Origin: Prorocentrum cordatum | Taxonomy: Eukaryota | Direction: 5' to 3' | NCBI GenBank assembly: GCA_963575745.1 | Contig: CAUYUJ010000179.1 | Location: 62,001-117,186, forward strand | Length of the DNA stretch: 55,186 nucleotides | Shown: in pieces, positions 53,376 to 55,186 of the stretch | How positions within the stretch are numbered: the first letter of the stretch is position 1 | Layout: every line of letters starts with the position of its first letter | Made by a program: the position numbers and the translations under genes | Notes under the pieces: model-generated | The model's input: the letters and a program-made list of their open reading frames with translations, nothing else | Told to the model about the DNA's origin: nothing | The model's database searches: none

Positions 53376-55186
53376 TTAGCCTGACGAAGAACCCAGCCAT
53401 CTGTCGTTGCGAGTACCGCACTGTGGGTACCGGTTTCGGTGGAGCTCCCTGACGCACGCGCCTAGTGCCACTGGGGCCTTCGGTGGAGCTCGCTATGGGG
53501 CACCGAAGCGCTGTCCTGGGTGGCGGTGACGCATGCGGCCTGTGCCACTGGAGCCTTCGGTGGAGCTCCCTATGGGGCCGCGAAGCGCTGTAGTGGGTGG
53601 CGGTGACGCATGCGGCCTGTGCCAGTGGAGCCTTCGGTGGAGCTCCCTATGGGGCCGCGAAGCGCTGTAGTGGGTGGCGGTGACGCATGCGGCCTGTGCC
53701 AGTGGAGCCTTCGGTGGAGCTCCCTATGGGGCCACGAAGCGGTGTCCTGGGTGGCGTTGACGCATGCGGCTTGTGCCACTGGAGCCTTCGGTGGAGCTCC
53801 GTTTGGGGCGCCGAAGCGCTGTCCTGGGTGGCGTTGGCGCATGCGGCCTGTGCCAATGGAGCTTCCGGTGGAGCTCGCTATGGGGCGCCGAAGCGCTGTC
53901 TTGGGTGGCGGTGACGCATGCGGCCTGTGCCACTGGAGCCTTTGTTGGAATTCGCTATGGGACCACGAAACGCTGCCCTGGGTGGCGGTGGCGCATGCGG
54001 CCTGTGCCACTGGAGCCTTCGGTGGAGCTCCCTATGGGGCGCCGAAGCGCTGTCCTGGGTGGCGTTGGCGCATGCGGCCTGTGCCACTGGAGCCTTCGTT
54101 GGAGCTCCCTATGGGGCCACGGAGCGCTGTCCTGGGTGGCGTTGACGCATGCGGCCTGTGCCAGTGGAGTCTTCGTTGGAGCTCGCTATGGGGCCACGGA
54201 GCGTTGTCCTGGGTGGCGTTGACGCATGCGGCCTGTGCCAGTGGAGCCTTCGGTGGAGCTCCCTATGGGGCGCCGAAGCGCTGTCCTGGGTGGCGTTGGC
54301 GCATGCGGCCTGTGCCAGTGGAGCCTTCGGTGGAGCTCCCTATGGGGCGCCGAAGCGCTGTCCTGGGTGGCGTTGACGCATGCGGCCTGTGCCAGTGGAG
54401 CCTTCGGTGGAGCTCCCTATGGGGCGCCGAAGCGCTGTCCTGGGTGGCGTTGACGCATGCGGCCTGTGCCAGTGGAGCCTTCGGTGGAGCTCGCTATGGG
54501 GCGCCGAAGCGCTGTCCTGGGTGGCGTTGGCGCATGCGGCCTGTGCCAGTGGAGCCTTCGGTGGAGCTCCCTATGGGGCGCCGAAGCGCTGTCCTGGGTG
54601 GCGTTGGCGCATGCGGCCTGTGCCAGTGGAGCCTTCGGTGCTGATGGGGCGCCGAAGCGCTGTTGGGGTGGCGTTGACCGGCGTGCCAGTGGAGCCTTCG
54701 GTGCAGCTCGCTAAAGCGCTGTCGTGGGTGGCGTTGACGCATGCGGCCTGTGCCAGTGGAGCCTTCGGTGGAGCTCCCTATGGGGCGCCGAAGCGCTGTC
54801 CTGGGTAGCGTTGGCGCATGCGGCCTGTGCCAGTGGAGCCTTCGATGGAGCTCCCTATGGGGCGCCGAAGCGCTGTCCTGGGTGGCGTTGGCGCATGCGG
54901 CCTGTGCCAGTGGAGCTCCCTATGGGGCGCCGAAGCGATGTCCTGGGTGGCGTTGACGCATGCGGCCTGTGCCAGTGGAGCCTTCGGTGCAGCTCCCTAT
55001 GGGGCGCCGAAGCGCTGTCCTGGGTGGCGTTGGCGCACGCGGCTAGTGCCTCTGGAGCCTTCGGTGGAGCTCGCTATGGGGCGCCGAAGCGCTGTCCTGG
55101 GTGGCGTTGACGCATGCGGCCTGTGCCAGTGGAGCCTTCGGTGGAGCTCGCTATGGGGCGCCGAAGCGCTGTCCTGGGTGGCGTTG
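53376..55186 (-). mobile_element. Family B element B7 with the 77-bp satellite, truncated by the window end
   Basis: ttagcctgacgaagaacccagccatctgtcgttgcgagtaccgc...ggtaccggtttcggtgg matches the reverse complement of the B5 3' end. Period is 77 nt (ORFs 53610, 53687, 53764). Confidence 0.85.

Noticed and set aside
53570..55110. Repetitive ORFs (..WSLRWSSLWG..) in the 77-bp satellite
   Set aside because: The unit length is not a multiple of 3, so frames rotate; they are artefacts of GC-rich tandem repeats.
40780..55186. CRISPR-like repeat/spacer appearance of the 77-89-bp arrays
   Set aside because: The inter-core segments are near-identical within each array rather than unique spacers, there are no cas genes, and the context is eukaryotic.

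Overview
Eukaryotic, GC-rich, repeat-dominated genomic DNA. The PPR motif style, a probable GA-AG intron and same-strand tandem paralogues suggest a dinoflagellate, possibly Prorocentrum-like (inference only). The only convincing protein-coding content is two colinear + strand paralogues of a ~19-repeat P-class pentatricopeptide-repeat (PPR) gene (~7.9-10.8 kb and ~23.1-26.5 kb) plus a lone 3-repeat PPR exon (~40.0-40.3 kb). Nearly all other ORFs in the track are read-throughs of satellites, microsatellites or low-complexity DNA. Most intergenic DNA resolves into nested non-autonomous mobile elements. Family A is a hairpin plus asymmetric inverted-repeat family with Helitron-like TC start and A|T target; members interrupt the PPR exons at paralogue-specific sites and could be spliced out as introns. 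Family B is a Helentron/HINE (DINE-1)-like family of at least 7 copies, each carrying its own 77-, 86-89- or ~101-bp satellite. Family C elements are strung along (GTT)n tracts. Also present: a MITE-like hairpin, a 5-kb (AGT)n tract bracketed by inverted repeats, and a 228/256/260-bp satellite. I could not support any transposase, rRNA, tRNA, spliced-leader gene or CRISPR array. Coordinates were read by eye and may be off by a few bases.
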